From an uncultured bacterium (GTDB lineage: Bacteria > Fidelibacterota > Marinisomatia > SCGC-AAA003-L08 > D37C17): a stretch of DNA of 64,000 nt. The notes below the pieces were generated by a model that ran no database searches, had not been told where the DNA came from, and worked only from the letters and a program-made list of their open reading frames with translations. Made by a program: the position numbers and the translations under genes. Positions 63,120 to 64,000 of the stretch are shown one piece after another. Where the stretch lies: assembly GCA_964344315.1 (NCBI GenBank), contig CAYFMU010000006.1, positions 7,025-71,024 on the forward strand, given 5' to 3'. How positions within the stretch are numbered: the stretch's first letter is position 1; each line of letters starts with the position of its first letter.

Positions 63120-63466
63120 CACCATCTATTGCATTTTCACAAAATCGTACAGATAATATTGACTATTACTACGAGGGATGGGCTGCTGCCGAAAGAGATT
63201 ATGGAGGTGGTGGAGCAATTGTAGGTGGCCTAGGTAGTGGTTTTCTATTAGGTTTAATCGGATGGGCTGTTGGTCTTGCGATAGTTGCAAATCAAAATGT
63301 TGAAGTTCCGTATCATTATCTATTAGAGTTAAGTAATTCTGATAGAATGAGGTTTGAACAAGGATATAAAGATGCTGTTAAAAAGAAACGTAATGGTAAT
63401 TTTAATGTGGGTGCAGGATTGGGTACTCTATCAGCGGTTATCTTTATGTTGAATGCAAGCAGTTAG
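63068..63466 (+). CDS. Small glycine-zipper membrane protein, apparently lacking its own 5' end
   Basis: The open frame has no ATG in its first 95 codons; the ORF-track start is TTG inside the Rieske gene. It contains GGGGAIVGGLGSGFLLGLIGWAVGLAIV and a second hydrophobic C-terminal segment. Confidence 0.35.
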   Translation: MGTILRKLFGGVPHSILTPSIAFSQNRTDNIDYYYEGWAAAERDYGGGGAIVGGLGSGFLLGLIGWAVGLAIVANQNVEVPYHYLLELSNSDRMRFEQGYKDAVKKKRNGNFNVGAGLGTLSAVIFMLNASS

Positions 63467-63490
63467 TTGATAATATTAACTGTTAAATAG

Positions 63491-63522
63491 TTAGCGGTGT
63501 TGGTTTACTCCAACACCGCTAA
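63491..63522. terminator. 13-bp perfect hairpin between convergent genes (no clear U-tract)
   Basis: TTAGCGGTGTTGG / CCAACACCGCTAA with a 6-nt loop. The right arm overlaps the last codons of the peroxiredoxin gene. Confidence 0.45.
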
Positions 63523-63960
63523 TACATCCTGGGCATGTGAGCCTGTTTTCACTTTTTCGAATGTATGCTCAATCATGCCATTTTCATCAATAATATAGGT
63601 GATTCTGTATATACCCATATACTCTCGACCCATGAATTTTTTTAGTCCCCATGCTTCATATGCCTTCAGCATTTCATGTGATTCATCACTGAGCAGAGGA
63701 TATTGAAATCCATATTTTTCGGTAAATTTTAATTGACGTTTTACTGGATCTGCAGACACCCCAAGTATTTGTACATCACTATTTTCAAAATTTTGGAATT
63801 CATCACGGAATCCCTTGCCTTCAACGGTTCAACCAGGGGTACTGGCTTTGGGATAAAACCAGAGTACCACTTTTTTCCCTTTAAAATCTTCTAATGACAC
63901 CATATCCCCATGCTCATTGGGTAATGAAAAGGATGGTGCCTTATCTCCAACATTTAACAT
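63505..63960 (-). CDS. bcp: Bcp/PrxQ-type peroxiredoxin with in-frame TGA at the peroxidatic Cys position (candidate selenoprotein, or a nonsense pseudogene)
   Basis: ATG 63960 is preceded by GGAGA. Translation gives MLNVGDKAPSFSLPNEHGDMVSLEDFKGKKVVLWFYPKASTPG-[TGA 63831..63829]-TVEGKGFRDEF...GVSADPVKRQ..., continuous with ORF 63505..63759 in the same frame. Confidence 0.7.
63795..63814 (-). promoter_or_regulatory. SECIS-like stem-loop 14 nt downstream of the in-frame UGA
   Basis: The RNA forms GGGAUUC-CGUGAU-GAAUUCC, a 7-bp stem (one G-U pair) with a 6-nt loop containing GU. The loop lies about 22-27 nt after the UGA. Confidence 0.45.
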
Positions 63961-64000
63961 AAATTCTCCAAATTGAATATGAATTCCTGAATTGCGAATA

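Overview
AT-rich, densely coding bacterial chromosomal segment with about 58 CDS on both strands. I saw no rRNA, tRNA, CRISPR array, transposase or integrase. Most of the window is housekeeping. This includes purA, secDF, and parAB followed by an M23 peptidase, a bactofilin and a complete F1Fo ATP synthase operon (atpZ, atpI, atpBEFHAGDC). It also includes a GldAFG-like ABC transporter, class II DAHP synthase, ornithine aminotransferase, ychF, recO, archaeal-type proS, ltaE, topA and glyQS. The gene content loosely suggests a marine FCB-group-like bacterium, but I could not verify this. The accessory content is where most of the points worth a second look lie. (1) A Bcp-type peroxiredoxin has an in-frame TGA at the peroxidatic Cys codon, followed by a SECIS-like hairpin, so it is a candidate selenoprotein. 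(2) A nickel superoxide dismutase carries a Sec-type signal peptide and is coupled to secDF. (3) Three proteins end in dockerin-like modules. One is a C15-peptidase-like protein with Ser in place of the nucleophilic Cys. Another is an apparent fusion of a cytoplasmic TPR/HTH-regulator remnant to a secreted-type M43 metalloprotease. (4) A 7-TM sensor kinase with about 11 PAS domains sits with two response regulators and a structured 336-bp intergenic region. (5) A tightly packed five-gene operon (GH109-like oxidoreductase, SSF transporter, L-serine dehydratase, GHMP sugar kinase, nucleotidyltransferase) is present. Several ORFs are interrupted or truncated: an amber codon in prolyl oligopeptidase, a truncated Rieske oxygenase, and the chimeric protease. 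Assembly or sequencing artefacts therefore need to be excluded before any biological interpretation. I found no clear-cut novel multi-gene system such as a defence island. All functional calls come from motif recognition by eye, not from database searches.
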